From the NCBI GenBank assembly GCA_024626585.2, contig JANKJI020000001.1:15082326-15104245 (forward strand): a stretch of DNA of 21,920 bases, in the 5' to 3' direction. The DNA comes from Ginkgo biloba (lineage: Eukaryota; Plantae; Ginkgophyta). Positions 9,661 to 21,345 of the stretch are shown here, piece by piece. A program made the position numbers and the translations under genes. The notes below the pieces were generated by a model. It ran no database searches and was not told where the DNA came from. It worked only from the letters and a program-made list of their open reading frames with translations. Positions within the stretch are counted from its first letter, which is position 1; every line of letters starts with the position of its first letter.

Positions 9661-10140
9661 TATTATAGTGCTTTCTCATTTAACATATTTTAATTACTTG
9701 AATTTATATGAAAATATGAGAAAGGGGTTACCAGGGTATAGGGTACCCAAATTCAATTTAATAAGGATCTCATTGTAACCACAATGCATGTTTCAATTAA
9801 AAGAAAGCTTTGGGAAAATAAGGAGATGACATAAGAGTTTTCCAAATTAGTAAATGAATTCTTTAATCAAAGACACCTGGTAAGAATTGATATGGGTAAG
9901 GGGCTCCCTAAAAATGCCATCTTATCACCCTAGAATGACATGGATATAATTATTTATAAATGTTTATTGATGATAAAGTATCCCTCCTACCTATTCACAT
10001 CCTATTTCAGATTCATATCTTTCTAAATATTTGTATGAATTAGTTGATAAGAATCTGCAAGCCTAGAAGGAGGAAAAGGTAAAAGAGGTATTTAATCCTA
10101 AATTGATTAAAGTAGTGATTGATTTTTGTTTGAATTCACC
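9661..10140 (+). pseudogene. Decayed accessory (env-like / 'plant transposon protein'-like) ORF of an LTR retrotransposon
   Basis: Frame 1: LLEFI*KYEKGVTRV*GTQIQFNKDLIVTTMHVSIKRKLWENK...KGLPKNAILSP*NDMDIIIYKCL...YLFTSYFRFISF, then after a frameshift KYLYELVDKNLQA*...FNPKLIKVVIDF. Resembles from memory the extra ORF of large gymnosperm LTR elements (VxG...GxxW...LxxPW...YL...LIK). TAG stops at 9739 and 9931 fall where Trp is plausible. Confidence 0.5.
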
Positions 10141-10166
10141 AATGGCATCAAGATTTTAGGCTAGAA

Positions 10167-10255
10167 ATTTACTTGCATCTCAGATGCAAGTAAATATTCC
10201 CCATATTTCACAACTCCAGAAGAGTGCTTTCTACTTGTACCCCAAGTGCAAGTAG
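10167..10255. repeat. Two related palindromes sharing TACTTGYA...TGCAAGTA arms
   Basis: atttacttgcatct-c-agatgcaagtaaat (10167-10195, perfect 14-bp arms) and ctacttgtac-cccaa-gtgcaagtag (10231-10255, one mismatch). Confidence 0.85.
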
Positions 10256-11194
10256 GCACATTAAGAACACCACAAAGGTAAATAATAGAAGATGGAGAAG
10301 TGAGAACCTCTATACTAGTGCCATACATTAATGTGTCATTCTAAATTGAATAATTACATGTTATGTTTCTCTTAGAGATGTGAAAAAACCTTCATAAAGC
10401 CTTTAATCAAATGTTATCAAAAAAATATAAGGACCTGAGATGGAGGATTCAAGAAGTAAATATCCTTATTAAAGAGATGAGAAGGCATATCAAGGTGTCC
10501 ANNNNNNNNNNNNNNNNNNNNNNNNNNNNNNNNNNNNNNNNNNNNNNNNNNNNNNNNNNNNNNNNNNNNNNNNNNNNNNNNNNNNNNNNNNNNNNNNNNN
10601 NAAACATAAAAATGTAGCATATTATTAAGATCAAACCAAATAATAAACTAACCATCATAAAACCCTATATATATAGACACAATCAAAAGATAACACTAGA
10701 TCTTATTAATATTACAGTAATTACTAAGAATAAAAGTTTGTACATGATACTTATAGTATTTATAATAAATAACAATAAGTCACTCTAATTATAGGTTGAT
10801 GTTATTAACTCAAACCCCTGGTCTATTTGTATTCCATTCTTCTCTTTTACTTATCTCTCTTAACTTCTTCTCTATTTATAAACCTCATGCATGGAGGGAA
10901 TTTATCACATATGTGAGGTATCACTCTTCTATTTGTTATTCTTATTAGCTCATAGGAGGCATGCTTATTAGTATTATTCTACTTATGTACTTGGGAAGTT
11001 TCCACCCTCAAAGTGATCATAATAAATCTAAGTTTCTTATTTTGTAATATGAGTTCTTGAGCAATTTTGGAATTGTGTTCATTGTTGAAGATTCATATCA
11101 AGGTTCATAGAACCTAAATCCCATGTGACTATCCATATAATCCTAGACTTGTTATCCATGTAAGCATTCTAATATAACTAATAAAACAAGAATA

Positions 11195-11236
11195 AATATG
11201 ATACCACATAGTGAGAGAAAACTAAAGGTGGTGAAG
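11195..11236 (-). mobile_element. Possible LTR 3' end plus degenerate tRNA-Met PBS of a minus-strand LTR element
   Basis: Minus strand reads TTCACCACCTTTAGTTTTCTCTCACTATG-TGGTATCA, resembling the ATTCACCCCCCCTCT...-TGGTATCA junction of SIRE-like copia elements. Confidence 0.35.
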
Positions 11237-12499
11237 AATTCTCATATAATAAAATAATAAATATGAATAATCCTCTCATATAAACTAGTCATGGTCATAT
11301 CCCCTAACTAGACTAGACCCCATAGGACAACATGTTAAATACCCTCCTAGTGATTGATGGTATATTAATAACTTACCACTATAACTCTACTAGGTATCCC
11401 ATGCAATCAGTTTGTATCTCATTATCACTTCCATAATCTCCATCTTAGTCACCACTAATAACTATTCCTATGCTAATCCCTTTATCTTAGTATAAAATTC
11501 CACTACTAATGGTTCATATTAATATTCCAATAATAAATTATAAAGTATTATATTTAGAGTAGGATTCCTTTGGGTTTACTATTTAGTGACTATTTAGATC
11601 CCTTATTTAGTCCTCTCTAGCTCCTAGTACTTTCATAAGTTTAGTGCCTATTCAACAAATTGTATCACATGTACTAGTCATGTATATAATAGGAACCAAT
11701 TATCCCTTATCCATTTCTATCTAAAAAGGGTATTTACTAACCAATTAGTGTTTATAATGAACATATACATCAATTTAAGTAAATATAAATATATCAACAA
11801 TGATAATCCATTATTATTCTAATAAGTGTTAACTATATTGGTAGGGTATCGTTATTATTTTTATTTCCTTTAGCAGTTAGAAGTCACTATCATANNNNNN
11901 NNNNNNNNNNNNNNNNNNNNNNNNNNNNNNNNNNNNNNNNNNNNNNNNNNNNNNNNNNNNNNNNNNNNNNNNNNNNNNNNNNNNNNNNNNNNNNNNNNNN
12001 NNNNNNNNNNNNNNNNNNNNNNNNNNNNNNNNNNNNNNNNNNNNNNNNNNNNNNNNNNNNNNNNNNNNNNNNNNNNNNNNNNNNNNNNNNNNNNNNNNNN
12101 NNNNNNNNNNNNNNNNNNNNNNNNNNNNNNNNNNNNNNNNNNNNNNNNNNNNNNNNNNNNNNNNNNNNNNNNNNNNNNNNNNNNNNNNNNNNNNNNNNNN
12201 NNNNNNNNNNNNNNNNNNNNNNNNNNNNNNNNNNNNNNNNNNNNNNNNNNNNNNNNNNNNNNNNNNNNNNNNNNNNNNNNNNNNNNNNNNNNNNNNNNNN
12301 NNNNNNNNNNNNNNNNNNNNNNNNNNNNNNNNNNNNNNNNNNNNNNNNNNNNNNNNNNNNNNNNNNNNNNNNNNNNNNNNNNNNNNNNNNNNNNNNNNNN
12401 NNNNNNNNNNNNNNNNNNNNNNNNNNNNNNNNNNNNNNNNNNNNNNNNNNNNNNNNNNNNNNNNNNNNNNNNNNNGCAATTTTACTTGTTATAGTACAG

Positions 12500-14164
12500 A
12501 GTGAAGATCAAAGAATTCGGCTAGGGTTTGGGTGGCCATATGTGTAATTATTGCAGATAAAGAAGAGGGTCAAAGGGTATGTATAGTGTGCTCTAAGCGT
12601 AGGTGAAATTACATTTTAGTATGTTGGTGGCTATTTAGAATTTGTAGTAGACCAAAAAGGGATCTTGAAGGAGTTGTATAGAAGAAAAAGCTTGGGCGCA
12701 CCCCTATGGAAATGTAGATCTATGCATGGCGTCCCTGAGTCAATCTTGAATGAAGAGATCCCTAATATGGTGGCTATTAAAAATGTTACAACCTAGATGA
12801 TTAATGGTGGTTTAGTTTGTATTAATGAGTGATTTTGAATAGTGAAGGAACATGAAGTTGCATCTATTCTCGAGTAGATCATTGGCTATGGTTGTTCGAT
12901 GGATGATAAATTACAATTTTGAATGATTAGATAGACCATGGAGAAGCCAGATTGATAGTGAAAGAGAAATAGTTTATGAATCCAATGGATTCATAAAGAA
13001 TTTACAATGAAAGGAGATTGAACAGTCAAGGAATAGCGACTGGGAGAGGTGTTTCTAAAATATTTTTATTTTTTGGTTTTAATGGTTTAAAGTAATTTAA
13101 TTATTTTTTAAACTTAAATGAATTTTTCTTACATTAGGCCTCTTTAATTCCATGAGTCCCTTATTTGTAAAGTCATGGTCATATGTAAAGGGTTTAATGA
13201 TGTTAAATTATATTGTATAAATCCCTAGTGTCTTAAAATGTTGGTCACATGGAGATATTATATCGGCTAAGAGTCTAACAAGGTGTTGGATGACCCAGAT
13301 GTTAAATGTAAGTGAAGAATATTAGTTTAAGGAGGGAATGTTGGGATAAATCAACATTAAATTTAATATTCTTGTATAAGGGTATATCGATAATTCAAAA
13401 GGGTTAGGAAGGAATGCCAATATTTTAGAATGTAAAGGGTTATCATAATTGAAGAGTCATTATGTTTACTTTATATTTGAGAGATGTGATATGGTTTAAT
13501 ATTTGTTCTTGGTTAGATTAGGTCCATAGTGCTAATTTAAGGGTTGTAAGATGGTGCCATAGTAATAAATGTTATTTCTTCGATGCTTTTATGACTTTGT
13601 TCTATGATATTTATATGTACTCTTAGCTTCAAAATTTTTATATGATATTCGAGCTTAGAGAACTAGTTCTAGATTAGTTTGTATTTAGTGTCTCATGGTT
13701 TGGATCTATGGTTGGGTTTTTTTATTAACTATTTACTACATGTTTCAAGATGGTTTTATGTTAAGGGTTTATTTTTTAGTTCGGTGTGGATTTATAGTAT
13801 TATTTTTAATTTTAGAAATCCAAATCCTTGAATTTGATTGTAGTTGTATTTTGTGAAAATATTGGTTTATTCCTAACTTATGTATATGAGTAATTTTTTA
13901 TGACCTTTAAGTTTGTTTATGCTCATAGAGATTTTAGAGGTTATGCAGGAGTTTTACAATTTTATAGCTACCTCTATGCGTTTAATCCCTATGAATGTTT
14001 AATATATTTGTTCGCAACTAATTTTTTAGTTGAAGATGTGACCATAGATCATGTTTAAGGATTTATGGTCAAGTTTATAAAGGATACTTTTTTGTCAAAC
14101 CCTAACTGTGATACAATGCTTTTTTAGTGAAGATAAAATGGATAGTGTTTGGGTGGCCATATGT
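12500..14164 (+). repeat. LTR-like G/T-rich region with a ~45-bp diverged direct repeat (18-bp exact core)
   Basis: gtttgggtggccatatgt at 12526-12543 and 14147-14164, each preceded by agtgaagat(c/a)aaa. Confidence 0.55.
13329..13356 (+). mobile_element. Possible copia-type PPT / 3' LTR start
   Basis: AAGGAGGGAA (13329-13338) followed directly by TGTTGGGATAAATCAACA. Weak upstream GDIISAKSL resembles the RNase H C-terminal ADIxTKSL. Confidence 0.35.
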
Positions 14165-14888
14165 ATACCAGTTCAAAATTTTATAAATTTTGATGGTTGG
14201 TTAGATCATTAAAGAAGTTATGGGGTTACTAGACCTAGGAGACCTTACTGAGCCTACAAAACTATGTAGTGGAGATATTTTCAATGTATTATCTTGGTAG
14301 TTTGTAGTGATGCATAGAAAGATGGTGGTCTTGTATGCATGGAAGATTGAATGGTGATGGTTTGGCAGCCCGATTTGAGAAATTATTATAGATAATTGTG
14401 GTGTTGTGGAAGAAATTCTAGAGCCAAATGATTGATAGATTCAATGAAGTTTTGTTTTGAAAAATAACTACCATGGTCAAATGTGTAGATGGACAACTGC
14501 AGACCCATGCATTTGAGAATGAAAGAGTAATGGTGAGATTCAATTTTGGTGGAAGCCATGTTGATGAATATGAACCAATATTATGGAAGATTGGTGGAGA
14601 AGTTATAAGATTTAGTCATAAAATATTTTAGACGAAGCTAGATTAGCATGGAGGAGAACAAAGCATGTAAAGTGAATCATAGGGTGATGGTGAAGAAAAA
14701 ATGATAAAATGATATAAGAGAAGCAATGCTAACAGAATATTAAAATAATGTAGAAAGGAAATAATAAGAGCACATCCACAAGAATACANNNNNNNNNNNN
14801 NNNNNNNNNNNNNNNNNNNNNNNNNNNNNNNNNNNNNNNNNNNNNNNNNNNNNNNNNNNNNNNNNNNNNNNNNNNNNNNNNNNNNNNN

Positions 14889-15660
14889 AGGATTAGAGAT
14901 CCACACTAGATAATATATAAAACCTATCAATAACTACAAACTATTCCTTCCCTAATAGAGTTCTCTTTACTAACTAGGATAAGGGAATCTAAAGGAAATG
15001 ATTTCCTATTTGGGTTATGTTCACTCTCACTAGGGACTAGGGAACCATACTAGATAAGAACACAAACCTATCAACAATAGTGACCTATCCCTTTCTTATT
15101 AGATCNNNNNNNNNNNNNNNNNNNNNNNNNNNNNNNNNNTAAATATTATCTTTCTCCCTTAGTTATATTCTTTACGCTCACTAAGGACTAGGATCTATAC
15201 TAAGCAAGATTACTACCTTATAAATAGTGATCTCTTATATTTTCCCTAGTATAATTATTTCCATTCAGTTGGGATAAGGAAATGTAAAGGAAAATATTCT
15301 CTCCTTTCCTTAATTGGATTATTTTCACTCATTAGAGACCAAGGAGTCATACTTGATAATATTTAAAGATTATTAATAGTGGACACCTATCCCTCCCCTT
15401 GTAGAGTGCTTCCAACTTAGTAGGGACAAGGGAATATAAAGGAAAATATTCTCTCCCTTTATGAGTTAGATTTTCCATTCTCACTAGGTACTTAGGACCT
15501 ATACTAGATAATATTAATAACTTATCAATAGTATATGATTGTCCCTACCTTAGTAGAGTATTTAATCCTCACCAAGGATAATGGAATCTTAAAGAAAATA
15601 TTTTATTCCTTCTTTAATTAAGTGATTTATGCTCACTAAGGATAAGGAATACTCATAACA
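14889..15660. repeat. Diverged tandem array, ~150-bp unit, about 5 copies
   Basis: Anchor actagataa-like motifs at 14905, 15049, 15199, 15351, 15503 and 15651 (spacing 144-152). Units share ctcactagggactagg...atactagataa...cctatcaa...ggataagggaat(c/g/a)taaaggaaaatatt. Confidence 0.85.
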
Positions 15661-17699
15661 AAGTTGGATGGGATGGGATTCCCCATAAACATAAATAATA
15701 ATGAAAGTATATGGAGGATATATGGATAGGATTATCTTATACAAATGTAAATTGTACTATGATACAATTAATGTATGTATATTTCTCCAAGATATTAAAA
15801 TATGATTTGGATAATTATATGAACCAAAATTTAGAGTAATTAATAATTAAAAGGTATGTCCACATAATAATACATAGGAAGATACCTTATATCCCAAATT
15901 TTCTAAGAATATATAATGGTTGGAAAGAAACATTAAATTAGATTTAGATCGTGAGAATTTAAGGTGTCCATTGGTAATTTATTCACTAAATCTAAGTAGG
16001 AAATAAGTAGTAAGAAAAAGGTGGCCTAGAGTTAGATATACAATAGGTAAATTATATTCTATACTCTTATATTATGATTGGAGTAAAGAAGAGAAATTAT
16101 AAATATTGTGTCTAAATCAAATTGTATGTACCTTTATGCATTAGTTTAAGTAAAGGTTGGTTAATTAGAGGAAAACATTCATGGTTTCTATGATATTTTA
16201 TTCAATATGGTGGAATTATGTACCCATTAGGTTGTGGAATATGATCTTAGTTTGGTCATGAATGAATGGAATTAGTTTATATCTAGAATATATGACTAAT
16301 ATTTTCCTAGTAAATAGTGTTTATAGGTGATAGGCCTAATATAGGTGGTATATATAGCCATAATTTATATATAAAATTTGGTAATGATAGAACTCTTGAG
16401 GAAATATGATATTNNNNNNNNNNNNNNNNNNNNNNNNNNNNNNNNNNNNNNNNNNNNNNNNNNNNNNNNNNNNNNNNNNNNNNNNNNNNNNNNNNNNNNN
16501 NNNNNNNNNNNNNNNNNNNNNNNNNNNNNNNNNNNNNNNNNNNNNNNNNNNNNNNNNNNNNNNNNNNNNNNNNNNNNNNNNNNNNNNNNNNNNNNNNNNN
16601 NNNNNNNNNNNNNNNNNNNNNNNNNNNNNNNNNNNNNNNNNNNNNNNNNNNNNNNNNNNNNNNNNNNNNNNNNNNNNNNNNNNNNNNNNNNNNNNNNNNN
16701 NNNNNNNNNNNNNNNNNNNNNNNNNNNNNNNNNNNNNNNNNNNNNNNNNNNNNNNNNNNNNNNNNNNNNNNNNNNNNNNNNNNNNNNNNNNNNNNNNNNN
16801 NNNNNNNNNNNNNNNNNNNNNNNNNNNNNNNNNNNNNNNNNNNNNNNNNNNNNNNNNNNNNNNNNNNNNNNNNNNNNNNNNNNNNNNNNNNNNNNNNNNN
16901 NNNNNNNNNNNNNNNNNNNNNNNNNNNNNNCCCTAGCATCTAAAAAATAAATCTACCTTAGTTTCAACCTTTAAATAATATTCTTATACCCAACTTTAGA
17001 ATCTTAATGAAGGACTAGAACTATATACTACATTATTATATTATGTTACTAAGTAATGGGTGGATGTTTATTGGGAGGGTACCACCACTAGGGTCCATGT
17101 CATGTTGAAAGGGAGGTTGACATTTTTTTCCTATTTTAGCCAATAGAAGGAGAATCAAGGCTTGAACCTTAGAGATAAATAAATAAGTTTTACAAATAAA
17201 CCATTATGATTACTTAAATCTATATATAGTTCATAATTTAGAGATATAATAGATTATATTTTTTCATATCCAATGGTGATATTGTAAGAATTTATGGTCC
17301 AAGAAAGGTTAAATAAACCCAATACTATCATTCTTAACTCTACTCATAGGGAAATAGAATTTATGTAGATATAGTTATTTTCATTTGATATGGACCCAAA
17401 ATAAAAAAAATATTTTTTATGACCCTCTATGGCCTCACTGATGGCTAGAGATAAGTAATTTATTTGGCTATAAAATATATATTGATAATATAAGATGATA
17501 AGAGTGTTTTTAAAAGGGTCAATAACACTAGTAGAAGTATATANNNNNNNNNNGTTACTACATCAATGTCAAGAGTGGTTCTATCATAATGGAAACCAAC
17601 ATATCTTAATAAACTCTTCTAACCATAAATAGTACAAATCCATATGCATATTAGATAGGAGATACCACTATAATAACACCATATTTATTATCCATTTAG

Positions 17700-18510
17700 G
17701 TACCATGGGATAAATGGATAGATAATTTTGAAGCTAGATATTTGCAAGTAGGAGTATATTTAAGGAAAGTGGCCTCTAGATAACCAACATCTATAAATAA
17801 ATATAAGGATAAAAGGGATGGTAGTTTGAAACCACCTTAGATACTTCCAAATGAACCATTACTACTAAAGTGGTAGGTGATCCTATAATGGTCTTAAAAA
17901 ATAAAATTACTAAGAGGGTTATTGAATCGGAGTATGAATTGGTAGTATATGAGAATTTACATAATAAGGAAGTAGTTGATCTCAAAAGAGGCATGGAATT
18001 ATTTAAGAGAGAGATTTAATATAACTTTACATTACTAAATCCCATTATATCCTTGATTAGGATGGATGGTCTTGAATCACTACGGACCTATGGATACACA
18101 TTATAGTTTTTCCCTTCTACCTCTTCTATGGTGGGNNNNNNNNNNNNNNNNNNNNNNNNNNNNNNNNNNNNNNNNNNNNNNNNNNNNNNNNNNNNNNNNN
18201 NNNNNNNNNNNNNNNNNNNNNNNNNNNNNNNNNNNCAAAAAGGAAAATGATAGAATGTCCCCCAAATACTAAGGTCTAGAATATATCCAATGAATGAAAT
18301 GCCAAAAGTATTTTAACAAGAGCCTTTTCTACAAATGAATCATTATCAGTGGATATACACTATGAAATGGTAGGGCCAAAATGAATGGTTACAGGAGTGG
18401 ATTCTACTAATGATGTAAATGTTGGTGAAAATGATACTCATTGATGTAGGGAGAGAGATTCCTTACATGGTCCTTAGTATTTTTCCTTAACTTGAAAATA
18501 CACTCATAAA
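17700..18510 (+). mobile_element. Possible very degenerate Ty3/gypsy (Tat/Ogre-like) integrase relic
   Basis: Weak motifs in order: WIDNFEARYLQVG (~17715), LLNPII...GL...GPM (~18030-18090, LxPI...WGLD..GP), KW*GQ (~18365, GPY/F motif) and LIDVGRD...P...NLK (~18435-18500). Many indels. Confidence 0.35.
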
Positions 18511-20349
18511 AATATTTTCTATTTATTATAAAAAAGTGACATGGTATTGCACATGCCCCAAAATCATGAAAATGATATGATGCAATGAAATAATCCACAT
18601 AGGTATGGAATGGTCCAATCCTCATGAACATATATAAATGAATAAAAATGTAATAATATAGCATTAAAATATCAACTTTATGTGTTGATAGTAATGTCTC
18701 ATTGAAAATGCACCCACTATGCTAACTAATTATTTATAAGATAAAATGTGCCATGGGAATGAGAGCATGGCTAGGGATCACTTAGAACCTAAAGTACTAC
18801 AAGAAATACTAAAAGGATGCAAATCAATGATCCATTTCTAAGAGTATGGATGATGCATAATATTATTAAATTACACCAATAATGGCATTTTTCCACCAAT
18901 AACTGCACTATGGAGTGTGAGCATGGTTTTGTATACCTTTATCAAGTGAATATCACCACAATGATTATGAGTAGTGACATAAATGAAATTTTAAAAGAAC
19001 ACTATTTAAAATTATAATTCAATAACCAAATGATAAAATTAATACAAAATTTCTACATAGGGGACAAGTATGTGGTGGCTCCCCCATGTCCATAACCCAA
19101 TGAAAAATTCTTATGCTAAAAGAGAATGATAATAAATAGAAAGGAAGTAAGGGTTGAAATACATAATTGGACATCTCTATAAAATTTCGATTGTGTGTAT
19201 TTTTTGTGTCACAAAAAATAATTATTCTAGTCACACTTAGGTTATGGTCAGGAAAGGACANNNNNNNNNNNNNNNNNNNNNNNNNNNNNNNNNNNNNNNN
19301 NNNNNNNNNNNNNNNNNNNNNNNNNNNNNNNNNNNNNNNNNNNNNNNNNNNNNNNNNNNNTAAAAAGTTTGGCTTTTAAAGTTCCATATAGGCTTGTAAT
19401 AAGACCATATCCAATCTCTCCAAATTGGCCCTAGGATATTATTGTTCAACTTATAGGTTTCCTCGGGTAGAGTGAGTGTCAAGGTAATGGATGAATAATG
19501 AAAAGAGCTCATGGATACAATAAGAAGAAGAAAGAACACCAAAAGGTTGTGAGGTTAGTGTTCATAAGATATTAACATGTGTCTCAATCCTAACTACTCA
19601 TAAATTTGAAGCAAGAGAAAGGGAAGCAAAGGGTTCAAAAGGAAGTGGCCTCAGATGACCCAAGATCACACCATGTATTAGCCCAAGTTTATGAGATCAT
19701 GCCATATGGAAATAGTTTGTGACTCTTTCCATGCAACAGTTGATAACTTTATAGAAAATTCAAAAGGCTGTGAGATTAGAGTTCATGAGATTATGTTGCA
19801 TGGTGAGATCTTACAACATATCCTCCTATGGAATTTGAAGACCTTGAAGATACTTTAATAAGTGATGCAATCCCTAGACTCACAAGATCAGGCCACCTGT
19901 TCAAATCTTAGTTGTTTACATAAGGGAAAAAAATTTGAAGGAGATCATGGTACCAAATGCCATGATCCCCAAGCTCATAAGATCAAGCCATGTAGAAGGA
20001 TCTTATGACATATCTTGTCATACCTCAGGGGAATCCTAGTGAGTGCCATGAGCCTCAAACTCATGAGATATAACTATGTGTCTAAACATTAGAGTCCACA
20101 AACATAATGTAGTAAAGGGGAAGGAAATGATAAAATAACATGAGCTTAAAGTCCCTAAGATCATGCCATATGTCTCTACTTTGTGTGCTTTTGGGATATT
20201 TTAGTAAAGTAACAGAGGGAGAATTCAATTAGCTAAACACCACAAAAACATAAATCCATGAGATGGTGCCACATGTAGGGCTCATATTTAAATGGGAACA
20301 TTGTGTGCATAGAAGTGAGAATCAAGACCATCCAGGGTGTATCTACTAG

Positions 20350-20780
20350 ATAACTTTGTAGAACCCCATTGTAGATCATTTGTTGTCTTTGGAAGTCATA
20401 GTTTAGAGATGGGAAAAGGCAAGCATTGACCACCAGGAAATCAAAGAAGAATCACCCTCTTATCGTCTTCCCCATTACTTTGGTTAATCATTATGAAAAG
20501 GAAAAATTAAAGTTCATGGATGGTGGTGCATTTTNNNNNNNNNNNNNNNNNNNNNNNNNNNNNNNNNNNNNNNNNNNNNNNNNNNNNNNNNNNNNNNNNN
20601 NNNNNNNNNNNNNNNNNNNNNNNNNNNNNNNNNNTTGATGTGGTATTAGGAGTGCAATGGTTGGAGACACTTGGAAATATCACAATGAATTTCAAAAAGC
20701 ATTTTATGAGGCTCAAACAAGATGGAATATAGTATCAATTGAATGGATTTATTCCTCCTTCTATTATATTATCCCATATG
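20350..20780 (+). pseudogene. Ty3/gypsy (chromovirus-type) gag C-terminus and aspartic protease fragment
   Basis: HSLEMGKGKH (~20397-20427, like GHRCMGKGKVH), active-site-like MDGGA at 20516-20530, and after the gap DVVLGVQWLETLGNITMNFKKHFMRLKQDGI*YQLNG...SHM (20637-20780), matching RVP_2-type DVVLGVQWLxTLGxIxxNF. Confidence 0.88.
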
Positions 20781-20781
20781 C

Positions 20782-21345
20782 ATTAGTGTTTATGAGGCAC
20801 TTCACACACATGGTATACATAAATGCTATGTAGATGCATTTTCCTTCAAAGGCCCTACAAGTAGAGGCAAATGAAAAGGCACAAGAAAGCCATTAAGATA
20901 CCAACAGTAGAGGAAGGTCAAGCATTTGTTATTCTACCTGATCTCAAGCCAATTTTATTATATGATGAATCTTCTTATTCCTCTATGGTAGAGGGAATGT
21001 GTAATTATTACCAAGGTCATTGCTCTACATTGTCAAAGCTCCAAATCACTGTTCTAGGAGGCAATATTTATAAAAACCCTTAGCTAGGCAATCTAAATAG
21101 ATTTTTTCATCTTGATATTACAACTCTAAATATTAGTGTTGAGTTAGATCTATATGCAAATGATACACTAATTTGTAGGAGTGCATCTAAAAAGAGAAAG
21201 GAGTGACAATTCCTTTGAATTCTTAAATAGGCACCAAAGGGGACAGTGTTGCAAATCCATATGAGGCCTGAGCTTATGGGATCTATCCATGTGTCAATAT
21301 TTCATAATGAGTTCCCTCATAATGCTTAAAAATCCTTGGAGTATT
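20782..21345 (+). mobile_element. Degenerate L1-clade LINE reverse-transcriptase fragment
   Basis: Ordered motifs: VYEALHT (20788, HExxHS), SKA(Y) (20846), SYSSMVEG (~20975), QG...TVLGGNIYKNP*LGNLNR (~21010-21100, EVLGRNI...GxLxG), YANDTLI (21153-21173, YADDTLI), TVLQIH (21243-21260, SGLxIN) and ILGVF (~21335). Confidence 0.72.

Noticed and set aside
16030-16413. FYDIL...H*VVEYDLSL resembling the gypsy protease-RT linker
   Set aside because: Too degenerate to support without an HMM search.
11877-16950. Long listed ORFs such as 11877-12479, 16307-16939, 16378-16950 and other X-filled ORFs
   Set aside because: They are open only because they cross N gaps.
20871-21083. VILPDLKPILLY read as a gypsy RT/RNase H junction
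   Set aside because: The surrounding ordered motifs (HExxH, SKAY, SYSxxVxG, VLGxNI, YADDTLI, GLQIN) fit an L1 RT better.
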